This document shows positions 39,075-48,549 of a stretch of DNA of 64,000 nt, one piece after another. The DNA is from an uncultured Halobacteriales archaeon. GTDB lineage: Archaea > Halobacteriota > Halobacteria > Halobacteriales > Halobacteriaceae. The translations under genes were made by a program, and so were the position numbers. The stretch is taken from positions 2,816 to 66,815 of the forward strand of contig CAZQNH010000002.1 in the NCBI GenBank assembly GCA_964594685.1. Direction: 5' to 3'. Each line of letters begins with the position of its first letter. Within the stretch, counting starts at the first letter, position 1. A model generated the notes under the pieces. The model did no database searches. It saw only the letters and a program-made list of their open reading frames with translations, and was not told where the DNA came from.

Positions 39075-40349
39075 ATGGACTCGCGTCTATCCGGCTTCTA
39101 CAAACTCCCCGTCGAGGAGCGACGGGAACGCATCGCGGAACTGGCGGACCTCGACACCGAGACCGTCGATGCCATCGGCGGCGACGGGCTCGACGACGTT
39201 CGGGCCGACACGGTGAGCGAGAACGTCATCGGCACCCTTGGGTATCCGCTGTCGATCGCGACGAACTTCACCATCGACGGCGAGGACCGGCTCATCCCGA
39301 TGGCCGTCGAGGAGACGAGTGTGGTGGCAGCCGCCTCCTACGCCGCCCGGATGGCCCGGGAGCAGGGCGGGTTCACCACCAACGTGAGTGGCCCGCTCAT
39401 GATCGCCCAGATCCAGGCGGTCGATATCGAGGACCCGCAGGCCGCAAAGATGCGCATCCTGGAGGACAAAGCGCGCCTCATGGAACTTGCCGACGAGCAG
39501 GACCCCACGCTGGTCAAGTTCGGCGGAGGATGTGAGGACGTCGAGGTCCGGGTCATCGATACCCCGCAGGGCGAGATGGTCGTCACCCATCTGATCGTGA
39601 ACGTCCAGGACGCGATGGGCGGTAACGCGGTGAACACGATGGCTGAGGCCCTGGCTCCCGAGATCGAATCGCTCACCGGTGGAACTGTCGAGCTTCGCAT
39701 CCTCTCGAACCTGGCCGACCGGCGGCTCGCGCGGGCGACGTGTACGATCTCCCCCGACCAACTCGAGGACGACGACAGCGAGCTCTCGGGCGAGGCGGTC
39801 CGTGACCGGATCGTCGATGCCTGGGCGTTCGCAGCGGGCGACCCGTATCGGGCGGCCACGCACAACAAGGGCATCATGAACGGCATCGATGCCGTCACGA
39901 CCGCCACGTTCAACGACTGGCGCGCGATGGAGGCCGGCGCCCACGCCTACGCCGCCCAGGGGGGCTACGGGTCGCTTACGACCTACGAGGTGGACGGCGA
40001 CGGGAACCTCTCCTGCACCATCGAACTCCCGATCCAGGTGGGGACCGTCGGCGGCGCGACCCAACTCAACCCCGTCGCCCAAGGTGCAATGGAGATCCTG
40101 GACGTGGATTCGGCCGACGAGATGGCCGGGGTCCTGGCGGCGGTCGGCCTGGCCCAGAACCTCGCCGCGCTCCGGGCCCTGGTCAGCGAGGGGATCCAGC
40201 AGGGCCACATGAGCCTCCACGCCAAGAACATCGCCATCCAGGCGGGTGCCGAGGGCGAGCTCGTCGACGAGGTGGCCGAGCGGATGGTCGCCGAGGACGA
40301 GATCCGCCAGGACCGCGCCGAGGAACTCATCGACGAGCTTTCGGCCTAA
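39075..40349 (+). CDS. mvaA: HMG-CoA reductase, class II ('degradative' type)
   Basis: SRLSGFYKL, ENVIG, PMAVEETSVVAAAS, DAMGGNAVNT, YRAATHNKGIMNGIDAV, NDWRAMEAGAHAYAA, GIQQGHMSLHAKN. Confidence 0.93.
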   Translation: MDSRLSGFYKLPVEERRERIAELADLDTETVDAIGGDGLDDVRADTVSENVIGTLGYPLSIATNFTIDGEDRLIPMAVEETSVVAAASYAARMAREQGGFTTNVSGPLMIAQIQAVDIEDPQAAKMRILEDKARLMELADEQDPTLVKFGGGCEDVEVRVIDTPQGEMVVTHLIVNVQDAMGGNAVNTMAEALAPEIESLTGGTVELRILSNLADRRLARATCTISPDQLEDDDSELSGEAVRDRIVDAWAFAAGDPYRAATHNKGIMNGIDAVTTATFNDWRAMEAGAHAYAAQGGYGSLTTYEVDGDGNLSCTIELPIQVGTVGGATQLNPVAQGAMEILDVDSADEMAGVLAAVGLAQNLAALRALVSEGIQQGHMSLHAKNIAIQAGAEGELVDEVAERMVAEDEIRQDRAEELIDELSA

Positions 40350-40671
40350 GGCTCGTCCGGCAACTCCCGGGGAATGGACCCCAGCGGTACTGAATCGCCG
40401 GATCGGACACCGTTCGCAGGCCGTCGCCGGTCTCCGTTCTCCAGGGGAGAGCGGTGCCAGCAGTCGGCCCAAGCCTGCGAACAGTTCGTACGATTCTATA
40501 CAATATTCGTCCCACAAAGTGTGCCAGAGTTTCCCAATATTGTCTCACTGGCAGCCTCGATTACCTGCAAGTAACCCCGTTATCGACCGTATCAGTAGGT
40601 CTCTGGCGGGCGGGCCCGGGCAATCCGAGCCCAACACATATTAATACCTGGGGTGGTAGTGTTGAGATAAG

Positions 40672-41313
40672 ATGGCAATACTATCCGATCAGAACCGAAG
40701 CGACGTCGAGGAGGTCTTCGCGGAGATGGCCGAGGAGGTTACCGCCTACGTCTTCGTCGACGACGCGTGTGAGTACTGCGACGAGACCATCGAACTCAAC
40801 GAGGAACTCGAAAAACTCACCGACAAGTACACCCTCGAGGTCCACGATATCGACAGCGAGATGGCCGAAGAGTGGGACGCCGGGAAGTACGGCAACGCCC
40901 CGGTCACGATCATCACCGACGGCGACATCCGTGGGGTCCGGTACTACGGGATCCCCTCCGGCCAGGAGTTCGGCGCCTACGTGCGTGACATCGTCGCCGT
41001 CTCCACCGGCGAGAGCGGCCTCGACGAGGGAATCAAGGCCGAACTGACCGAGATCGACGAACCGGTGAACATCAAGGTCTTCGTCACGCTGACCTGTCCC
41101 CACTGTCCCCAGGCCGTCGAGACCGCCCACAAGTTCGCCATCGAGAACCCGAACATCACCTCCGAGATGATCGAGGCCCAGGAGTTCATGGAACTCTCCC
41201 AGGACTTCGGCGTCCGGGGGGTACCGCAGGTTAATATCAACGACGACGCCGGGCAGTTCACGGGTGCCCAACCGCCCCAGCAGTTCCTCCAGCAGGTAAA
41301 AAGCGCGCTTTAA
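40672..41313 (+). CDS. Protein-disulfide oxidoreductase (PDO / AhpF N-terminal-like, two thioredoxin folds)
   Basis: CEYC and CPHC motifs; YYGIPSGQEF, VFVTLTCPHCP, VRGVP, FTGAQP. Confidence 0.9.
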   Translation: MAILSDQNRSDVEEVFAEMAEEVTAYVFVDDACEYCDETIELNEELEKLTDKYTLEVHDIDSEMAEEWDAGKYGNAPVTIITDGDIRGVRYYGIPSGQEFGAYVRDIVAVSTGESGLDEGIKAELTEIDEPVNIKVFVTLTCPHCPQAVETAHKFAIENPNITSEMIEAQEFMELSQDFGVRGVPQVNINDDAGQFTGAQPPQQFLQQVKSAL

Positions 41314-41426
41314 GCGGGTCTTGGTCACCTTCTACGGGTTCTTTCGAAACCTCCGTCGCCGTTTGCCCGGACGGATGTGAGTTACCACGAGGGTGATACG
41401 TGGGATTTCGAGCGGCCCAGACGCAC

Positions 41427-41461
41427 TTTCTATTCGATACATATTCGATTGAAATATTTGT
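41427..41461. other. AT-rich patch (candidate DNA unwinding element)
   Basis: 27 of 35 bases are A/T; contains TATTCGAT twice (41431, 41442). Confidence 0.5.
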
Positions 41462-41490
41462 CAGACGACCGGCTGCCGGCCGCGGGCGCC

Positions 41491-41504
41491 GTTTCGGGTG
41501 CAAC
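41491..41504 (-). other. Mini-ORB-like box
   Basis: Minus strand GTTGCACCCGAAAC. Confidence 0.5.
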
Positions 41505-41525
41505 AACCCCTCCGTTTCAACTGGA
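41504..41525 (-). other. Origin recognition box (ORB) with G-string, copy A
   Basis: Minus strand TCCAGTTGAAACGGAGGGGTTG matches the archaeal ORB pattern TCCA-N3-GAAAC-N2-AGGGG. Confidence 0.75.
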
Positions 41526-41541
41526 TTGCCGGTTTCTTGAT

Positions 41542-41553
41542 GTTTCGGGTGTT
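41542..41553 (-). other. Mini-ORB-like box
   Basis: Minus strand AACACCCGAAAC; shares CACCCGAAAC with the 41491 box. Confidence 0.4.
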
Positions 41554-41608
41554 CCACGAATTCAACTGATAAATACACCTACCGTAATCGCGTTACTGGG
41601 ACACGTCC

Positions 41609-41630
41609 CAACCCCTTCGTTTCGTGTGGA
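41609..41630 (-). other. Origin recognition box (ORB) with G-string, copy B
   Basis: Minus strand TCCACACGAAACGAAGGGGTTG; 18/22 identical to copy A and 105 bp from it. Confidence 0.75.
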
Positions 41631-41641
41631 GTATCCTCCGG

Positions 41642-42299
41642 TCAGCCGGCTCCTGGGTCACTTTTCGACGTCCAGTAACGCCACGCGTTCGACGACGAGG
41701 GCTTCCAGGTCAGCGTCGGTCGCGCTTCGCTCGTCATCGGTGATCGCGAAGAACGATTCGATCCGCTCCGGATCCGGCTCGACGGACGCGGGTTGGATGC
41801 GTTCGCGGATCGCCTCCGCCGCGGCTGCCTCGTCGCCGCCGACTGCGACGACCACGAGGTGCTGGTCGCCCGTATCGACTCCCATCTCCATCGCCCGGTC
41901 GATCTGCCGCCGGCCCGCCGCGTAGAGCAGGACCTCCACGGCGGGCGAATCGGCCACGTTCTCGCCACGAGCGATGGCGCGTCGGGCGTGCTCGACCGCC
42001 GACCGGAGGTGTCCTGGCCCGGCCACGTACCTGGCATCGAAGGCCTGCACGATGCACTCGTGGGAGTCGGCGATGGAATCGAGTTCCTCGAGGAACGAAT
42101 CGAGGGAATCGAACCTACCCCGGGCAGCCACGTCGGCGCTTCCACCGTCTTCGTCGTTACCGGCGGTACTGGGGCCTTGATCGCTACCCTCGGCCCCGGG
42201 GCCCCTATCGCTTCCGGCGCTTCCGGTGTCGTCATCGGTACCCATCGGCTCGTCGCCGTCTGCCGGCCCGATCCGGACCCGACCCTCGATCACCTTCAC
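41642..42299 (-). CDS. cgi121: KEOPS complex subunit Cgi121
   Basis: [56 protein letters not shown]; GTG start overlaps the hel308 stop. Confidence 0.92.
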
Positions 42300-44587
42300 C
42301 CGAAATCACCCAGGTCGGATTGATCTGGCGAGTCGGGCGAGCCGCGTCCGTCCTCGCCGGTCGTCGTCGCGAGCCCGCTCGGCTCCGAGACGTCCGCCTC
42401 GAGATCGGACATGTCCGGGTCCGGGTGGCCCGCGCTAGCGAGGACCTTCTCGGCGGTCTTCCGCCGGCCGTTCAATGCCCGGAGGACTGCCGGCTTGTCG
42501 GCGTTCCGCAGGGCCTCCCGGCTCTCGAAGCCCGCATCGTGGAGCCGGCGGGCCCGTTTCCGGCCGATGTGCCGGACGCCGACCAGGTCGAGGAGATCCT
42601 CGCGGACGCCGTGCTCGACTCGGACACGGGCCTCGCGGACCCGCGCTGCGTTCCCCAGGTCGAGCTCACCGGCCAAGCTTTCGGCGGCGTGCAGCAGCCA
42701 GTCGGCGGTCTCGACCTTTCCGCGGATGTCCCCAGGACCCACGCCGTACCGCTCGGCGATGCGGTCCTCGTCGACCTCGTCGGCCCAGTCCTCGAGGAGG
42801 CGGCCGGTCTTGAGGGCGGAGAGCCAGTCCTCCCACTCGCCCTGGGCGAACTCGCTGGGTTGGTGGCCCAGTAGCTCGGCCTCCCGCTCGTAGGCGATCT
42901 CGGTATACGTCGACTCGTCGCCCGAGCGGAGATAGAGTTCGTACATGTCCGGGGTGCGGCTCACCAGGTGGTAGAGCCCGAGCGCGCTTGGCTCGTTCCC
43001 GCCGTCCCGCAGCCCATCGATGATCTCCGCGGCAGACATCGGGTCGACGTAGAGCTGGGAGACCAGATGCCCGCTCGGCGTCGCGGCGAGGCCATCGCCA
43101 TCGCGGTCGAGGAAATCGTTCGCGGCGAGGTACTCGAGGACGTCGTCGGTCACCCGCTCGAGTCGGCCGGGTTCCGCGGTCTGGGACGCATACAGGGTCC
43201 CCTCCAGGAACTCGAGGAGTCCGTCCCGGGTGGTAGCGAACCCGGTGGCCACGGTCGAGAGGACATGGGTCCTGAGGGCCGGCTCGGCCGCGAGCTTCGA
43301 CCGGACCGGTTCGGGCTCCCCGTAGATGTACTGGTCGAACAGTTCCTCGAGTTCTCCGTGGGAGTTCGCCAGGAGAAGCGCCTCACCGTAGGGGTCGAGT
43401 CCCGGGCGGCCCGCCCGTCCGAACATCTGGTGGATCTCCAGAGTCGAGAGCGGCTGCATCCCGCCCGCGGAACCGTCGTAGCGCTGCCAGTCCCTGACGA
43501 CAACCCGGCGGCTTGGCGTGTTCACCCCCGCTGCGAGGGTCGGGGTGGCACAGACCGCACGGATCCGCCGCTCGCGGAACGCCGTCTCGACGAGCGTGCG
43601 GTGGTCCCTGGCGAGGCCGGCATGGTGGAACGCGGCACCCCGCTCGACCGCATCTGCGAGGTCTTCACTGGTCTCCGTGTCGCTCACGGACCGGATCTCC
43701 GCGGCGATATCGGCCAACTCGTCCCGGTCTTCCGGGGTGAGATGCTCCTCGGTCACTTCGGCCTGTCGCCTGGCCGCAGCCTCCGCATTCCGTCGGGAAT
43801 TGACGAACACGAGGGCCGATCCGTCGTCGGCCAGGGTGTCCGCCACGATGGCCGCGGTCTGGCTCTTGCCGCCGGTGGATAGCTCCACCTGGGACCCGTC
43901 GTCGAAGTGCAGCGCGTTGCCGTAATGGACTCCCTTCTTCAGCTCTATCGGTCGCCAGGTCGAATCCACGAGGGCGGCCTCGAGCCAGGTCGCGATCTCG
44001 TCGGCGTTGCCGATGGTGGCCGAGAGCGCGACGACCTGCAGGCCGGGGACCCGCTTCCGGAGCTTCGCGAGGGTGACCTCGAGGGTCGGTCCCCGGTCGC
44101 GGTCGTCCACCAGGTGGACCTCGTCGGCCACCACGCAGGCCAGGTCGTCGATCCAGCCCGCGTCGTTCCGCATGAGGGAGTCGACCTTCTCCGAGGTCGC
44201 GACGATGACGTCCGCGTCGCCGAGCCAGGCCCCGTCACTCTCGTAGTTGCCCGTCGAGACCGCGACGTCGAGGCCGAACCGCTCAAGGTCCTCGAACTCC
44301 GCGGCTTTCTCGCTGGCGAGCGCCCGGAGCGGGACAATATATAATGCGGTCCCTCCTCCGTCACTGCCGCCATCGCCACGTTCCGGGCCGCCGATCGCGG
44401 ACAGCATCGCCAGCTCCGCGATCAGCGTCTTGCCGCTCGCCGTCGGGACGCTCGCGACGAGGTTCGCTCCTTCGAGCACGCCGGCCTCGACCGCCGCCGC
44501 CTGGGGCGGATAGAGCTCCTCGATACCCTCCTCGGCGAAGTGTGCCCCGACCCCGTCGGGCAGCCCCGACAGGTCCTCGACCTTCAT
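42296..44587 (-). CDS. hel308: Ski2-like DNA helicase Hel308/Hjm
   Basis: [49 protein letters not shown]-terminal Hh[10 protein letters not shown]. Confidence 0.96.
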   Translation of the reverse strand: MKVEDLSGLPDGVGAHFAEEGIEELYPPQAAAVEAGVLEGANLVASVPTASGKTLIAELAMLSAIGGPERGDGGSDGGGTALYIVPLRALASEKAAEFEDLERFGLDVAVSTGNYESDGAWLGDADVIVATSEKVDSLMRNDAGWIDDLACVVADEVHLVDDRDRGPTLEVTLAKLRKRVPGLQVVALSATIGNADEIATWLEAALVDSTWRPIELKKGVHYGNALHFDDGSQVELSTGGKSQTAAIVADTLADDGSALVFVNSRRNAEAAARRQAEVTEEHLTPEDRDELADIAAEIRSVSDTETSEDLADAVERGAAFHHAGLARDHRTLVETAFRERRIRAVCATPTLAAGVNTPSRRVVVRDWQRYDGSAGGMQPLSTLEIHQMFGRAGRPGLDPYGEALLLANSHGELEELFDQYIYGEPEPVRSKLAAEPALRTHVLSTVATGFATTRDGLLEFLEGTLYASQTAEPGRLERVTDDVLEYLAANDFLDRDGDGLAATPSGHLVSQLYVDPMSAAEIIDGLRDGGNEPSALGLYHLVSRTPDMYELYLRSGDESTYTEIAYEREAELLGHQPSEFAQGEWEDWLSALKTGRLLEDWADEVDEDRIAERYGVGPGDIRGKVETADWLLHAAESLAGELDLGNAARVREARVRVEHGVREDLLDLVGVRHIGRKRARRLHDAGFESREALRNADKPAVLRALNGRRKTAEKVLASAGHPDPDMSDLEADVSEPSGLATTTGEDGRGSPDSPDQSDLGDFG

Positions 44588-44668
44588 CGAGCCGGGATAG
44601 GTCCGTCCTGCGGTTTAAACTGTCGGGGTCGCCGTCAGGGATAAGCCCGCGTGGCGTGATGATGCGGT

Positions 44669-44914
44669 ATGCACATTCGCCTCGACCGGGACACCTGCAT
44701 CGGGATGTTCCAGTGCGTCGCGGAGTGGGAGGCGGCCTTCGAGAAGGACGAAGACGCGGGCAAGGTCACGCTGCTCGACAGTGAGGCGGTCGAGGACCAG
44801 CTGTTCGAGCGGGCGGTCCCAGAGGACGCCGAACTCGACGCGAAGTTCGCCGCCCGCGCCTGCCCGGTCGACGCCATCGCCGTCTTCGAGGACGACGAGC
44901 AGCTCATTCCCTAA
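44669..44914 (+). CDS. Small [3Fe-4S]-type ferredoxin
   Basis: DRDTCIGMFQCV...ARACPVDAI. Confidence 0.88.
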   Translation: MHIRLDRDTCIGMFQCVAEWEAAFEKDEDAGKVTLLDSEAVEDQLFERAVPEDAELDAKFAARACPVDAIAVFEDDEQLIP

Positions 44915-44956
44915 CCGAGGACTCCCCGAACCCCCGTAGCCGTGGTCACTCGAAAG

Positions 44957-45316
44957 ATGGTCCGCCGCTGGGCGCCACCATTCGTCATCGCGATGGCCAT
45001 CTTCGTCGGCTCGATCGTGGCAGCTCCATCGGGGATGAGCGGCGCGGACGCCAGATTCCTGGGCGTCATCGACAAAGTCGTCCATTTTGCCGGCTATGCG
45101 CTCCTCGGCGGGACCCTGGCTGGGGCGATGGAGGAAACGCCAGCCTCCCGCGGTGCGCTGACGATCGCCCTCGTCGCCCTGTTAACCGTCTATGGCGCCG
45201 GCCTCGAGGTTCTCCAGAGCGTCCTGCCGACCCGATCCTTCTCGGTCGGTGACATCTTTGCGAACGCGCTTGGGGGTGTCCTCGGCGTGTGGCTGGTGCT
45301 CGTTCGAGATCGGTGA
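44957..45316 (+). CDS. VanZ-like membrane protein
   Basis: DKVVHFAGYALL, EVLQSVLPTRSFSVGDIFANALG. Confidence 0.85.
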   Translation: MVRRWAPPFVIAMAIFVGSIVAAPSGMSGADARFLGVIDKVVHFAGYALLGGTLAGAMEETPASRGALTIALVALLTVYGAGLEVLQSVLPTRSFSVGDIFANALGGVLGVWLVLVRDR

Positions 45317-45393
45317 CAGCGCGGGGACAGAGGTTCGGGCGTGGCGTCGAATACGTGCCCGATCCGCAGAGGAAATCGACCGACGTATCTCCC

Positions 45394-46308
45394 TTACGAG
45401 ATCTCCGCGTACTGCTCCGAGAGCTTCTCGGCCGCGTCATCGAGCTGGTCACGTTCGAAGTCCGTCAGGTCCCACTCCACGACCTCCTCGACGCCCTCCC
45501 GCCCCAGTTTGAGCGGGACACCGAGTGCGACATCATCGAGACCATATTCGCCCTCGAGCGGGATCGAGCCCGGGATGACCTCGCCCGTATCCCGGAGGAT
45601 GGCCTCGACCATGTGGGCGACGCCGGTCGCCGGCCCCCACTCCGTGGCGCCTTTGCGGGAGATCACATTCATCGCGCTCTCCTGCAGGTCGGAGAGGATC
45701 TCCTCCTTCTCCGCGTCGTCGAAGGCCGGATCGCGACCGTCCACGCGGACCTTCGAGAACACCGGTACCTGGTCGTCGCCGTGCTCGCCCATGATCGCGG
45801 CGTCGACGTTCTGTACCGGGACGTCGAAGCGCTCGGCCAGCACGTACCGGAACCGGGCGCTGTCGAGCCGGTTACCGAATCCGATGACCCGGTGGCGGTC
45901 GCGGTCGCCGACCTCGTAGAGGTGCCGGTTGAGGATGTCGACCGGGTTCGAGGTGGTGACCGACACGAAGTCGTCGTTGTACTCGGCGAGCGAGGAGCCG
46001 ATATCCTCCATGATGGGGGCATTGTCCCCCGCGAGATCGAGCCGGGTCTGGCCCGGTTTCCGCGGGATCCCCGCCGTGATGATCACCACGTCCGACCCCT
46101 CAGTGGCCGAGTAATCGCCCTGGACGACCGTGGTGTTCGAGTCGTAGGCCACTCCGTGATTCACGTCTGCGGCCTGGCCGACAGTCTCGTCTTCCTTCTC
46201 CGGGATATCGACGAAGACGAGTTCGTCGACCACGTCCCGATACGCGAGGTTGTACCCGGATGCTGCCCCGACCGTGCCCGCTGCACCGATGACACTGACC
46301 TTGGACAT
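45394..46308 (-). CDS. mdh: Malate dehydrogenase (LDH-like)
   Basis: [48 protein letters not shown]. Confidence 0.96.
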   Translation of the reverse strand: MSKVSVIGAAGTVGAASGYNLAYRDVVDELVFVDIPEKEDETVGQAADVNHGVAYDSNTTVVQGDYSATEGSDVVIITAGIPRKPGQTRLDLAGDNAPIMEDIGSSLAEYNDDFVSVTTSNPVDILNRHLYEVGDRDRHRVIGFGNRLDSARFRYVLAERFDVPVQNVDAAIMGEHGDDQVPVFSKVRVDGRDPAFDDAEKEEILSDLQESAMNVISRKGATEWGPATGVAHMVEAILRDTGEVIPGSIPLEGEYGLDDVALGVPLKLGREGVEEVVEWDLTDFERDQLDDAAEKLSEQYAEIS

Positions 46309-46411
46309 ATGTAGCAAGGCGTCGCGAACCGATTTCAACCCTGGGGCATCATATACGGGGGAGGCCTGGATGATCTGGTGGGGCCCGCGGCGACCACCCG
46401 GATACTGTCGC

Positions 46412-48388
46412 TTAGTCGTCGGCGGCCGTGGGGCCGCCCTCACCCGATTCGTACTGCTTCTTGATGTGTGAGAGCTTCCCGCCGTCGGCGAGCATGCGGT
46501 ACTCGCGATCGGAGGCGTCGAGGTGTACCGTTGCCTCCCAGTCGTCCGCGACGCGGATGGTGAACGACTCCCGCCGCTCCGCCACTGCCGCGGCGACGTC
46601 CTCGACGATCTCGATCGGATCGTTCTCCTTGATACGGTCGTAGGTCGCCTCGTCGATCTCGAGGGGCAGCAAGCCGAAGTTGATGAGGTTGGCCTTGTGG
46701 ATGCGGGCGAATGATTTCGCGAGGACGCCTTCGACCCCGAGATACATCGGGCAGAGCGCGGCGTGTTCCCGCGAGGAGCCCTGGCCATAGTTCTTCCCCG
46801 CGACGAGGAACCCACCGTCCGCCGCGGCGGCCCGGTCGGCAAAGTCCTCGTCGATGCGCGAGAGGGTGTACGTCGAGAGCTCGGGGATGTTCGACCGGTA
46901 CATCAGGATGTCCTGGGTCGCGGGGATGATGTGGTCGGTCGTGATGTCATCACCCATCTTGAGGAGGGCCGGTCCCGACACGTCGCCGGAAAGCGGTTCT
47001 TTGAGGGGGACCTCGCCGATGTTTGGCCCCTTGATGAGTTCGTCGTCGACGGCCTCCGCGGGGGTGATGAGATCGGCCTTCGAGCCGTCGTACTGCTCGG
47101 GCATCTCGAACCCCGGGTCCGTTAATTCGGGAATCTCTTCGGCGAGGTCCCGTGGGTCGACGATCTCCCCGCTGAGGGCCGAGGCCGCCGCCACCTCCGG
47201 GGAACTCAGATACACGCTGTCCTCCTCGATCCCCGAGCGGCCTTCGAAGTTGCGGTTGAACGTCCGCAGGCTCACCGAGTCACTCGCCGGGACGTGACCG
47301 ATACCGATACACGCCCCGCAGGTCGATTCCGAGAAGTTTACCCCGGCGGCCATGAGTTTCGAGACCCAGCCGTGCCGGGCGAGCAGTTCCGAGGCCTGCT
47401 TGGAGGCCGGCGCCACGATCATCTCCGTGGCTTTGTCGATCTCACGCCCCTCGAGCATCTTCGCGACGGGGAGGACGTCTTCGTAACCGCCGTTCGTGCA
47501 GGAGCCGACCAGGACCTGGTCGACCGGCGTGCCGGCGACCTCTCGCACCGGGACGACGTTGTCCGGCATCGACGGTTTCGCGATCAGCGGCTCGACCTCC
47601 GAGAGATCCACGGTGATCCGGTCGGCGTACTCCGCGTCCGGGTCGGGTTCGAGTTCCTCGTAGTCCTCCGGGCGGCCGAGTCGCTCGAGGTAGTCCCGGG
47701 TGTGTTCGTCGGTGGGGAAGATGGACGTGGTCGCGCCGAGTTCGGTCCCCATGTTGGTGATGGTGGTCCGTTCGGGCACCGAGAGCGTGTCGACCCCCGG
47801 TCCCGTGTACTCGAATACCTTCCCGACTCCGCCCTCGACACCCAGCCGTCGGAGCATCTCCAGGATGACGTCCTTGGCCGTCGTCCACTCGCCGAGTTCG
47901 CCCGTCAGGCGGACCTCGACGACCTCCGGCATCTCGATATAATATGCGCCCCCACCCATCGCCACGGCGACGTCGAGACCGCCGGCCCCGATGGCGAGTT
48001 CTCCCAGGCCCCCGGGGGTCGGCGTATGTGAGTCGCTGCCGAGCATCGTCTTGCCCGGCGCGGCGAAGTTCTCCTTGTGGACGTTGTGACAGATGCCGTT
48101 GCCAGGCCGCGAGAAGTACGCGCCGTACGTCCCTGCGGCCGAGCGGAGGAACCGGTGGTCGTCGGTATTCTTATAATCGAACTGGTAGGTCTGGTGATCG
48201 CAGTACTGGGCCGCGAGTTCCGTCTGGAGTTCTTCGAGTCCGAGCGCCTCGAACTGAAGCCACACCAGCGATCCCGTGGTGTCCTGGGTGAGCACCTGGT
48301 CGATCTCGATGCCGATCTCTTCGCCCGGTTCGAGGTCGCCCTCGACGAGGTGGGCCGCCAGGATCTTCTCCGTGAGTGACTGTCCCAT
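46412..48388 (-). CDS. acn: Aconitate hydratase (short archaeal/mitochondrial-like type)
   Basis: [59 protein letters not shown]. Confidence 0.93.
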   Translation of the reverse strand: MGQSLTEKILAAHLVEGDLEPGEEIGIEIDQVLTQDTTGSLVWLQFEALGLEELQTELAAQYCDHQTYQFDYKNTDDHRFLRSAAGTYGAYFSRPGNGICHNVHKENFAAPGKTMLGSDSHTPTPGGLGELAIGAGGLDVAVAMGGGAYYIEMPEVVEVRLTGELGEWTTAKDVILEMLRRLGVEGGVGKVFEYTGPGVDTLSVPERTTITNMGTELGATTSIFPTDEHTRDYLERLGRPEDYEELEPDPDAEYADRITVDLSEVEPLIAKPSMPDNVVPVREVAGTPVDQVLVGSCTNGGYEDVLPVAKMLEGREIDKATEMIVAPASKQASELLARHGWVSKLMAAGVNFSESTCGACIGIGHVPASDSVSLRTFNRNFEGRSGIEEDSVYLSSPEVAAASALSGEIVDPRDLAEEIPELTDPGFEMPEQYDGSKADLITPAEAVDDELIKGPNIGEVPLKEPLSGDVSGPALLKMGDDITTDHIIPATQDILMYRSNIPELSTYTLSRIDEDFADRAAAADGGFLVAGKNYGQGSSREHAALCPMYLGVEGVLAKSFARIHKANLINFGLLPLEIDEATYDRIKENDPIEIVEDVAAAVAERRESFTIRVADDWEATVHLDASDREYRMLADGGKLSHIKKQYESGEGGPTAADD

Positions 48389-48549
48389 ACTACATCGTTA
48401 CCGGAAACTCGCCCAATAGGGTTCCGCTCGGGGAACGCGGTGTGGTCGATCGCCGGCCGAGTGTCTCTGGGTAGCCACCAGCCGAGTACCGCCTGTTGCG
48501 GCGGCCTGGAGTGCCCACTATTGAGGGGCCCGGGGCCCAAGGCCCGGTC

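Noticed and set aside
40560-40671. SurR-type GTT-N3-AAC site upstream of the PDO gene
   Set aside because: Only a mismatched GTTATCGAC was found; too weak to support.
5576-41641. Active integrative element or provirus at tRNA-Gln
   Set aside because: No integrase, transposase or viral genes recognised; no att duplication of the tRNA 3' end seen by eye; the block carries housekeeping genes.
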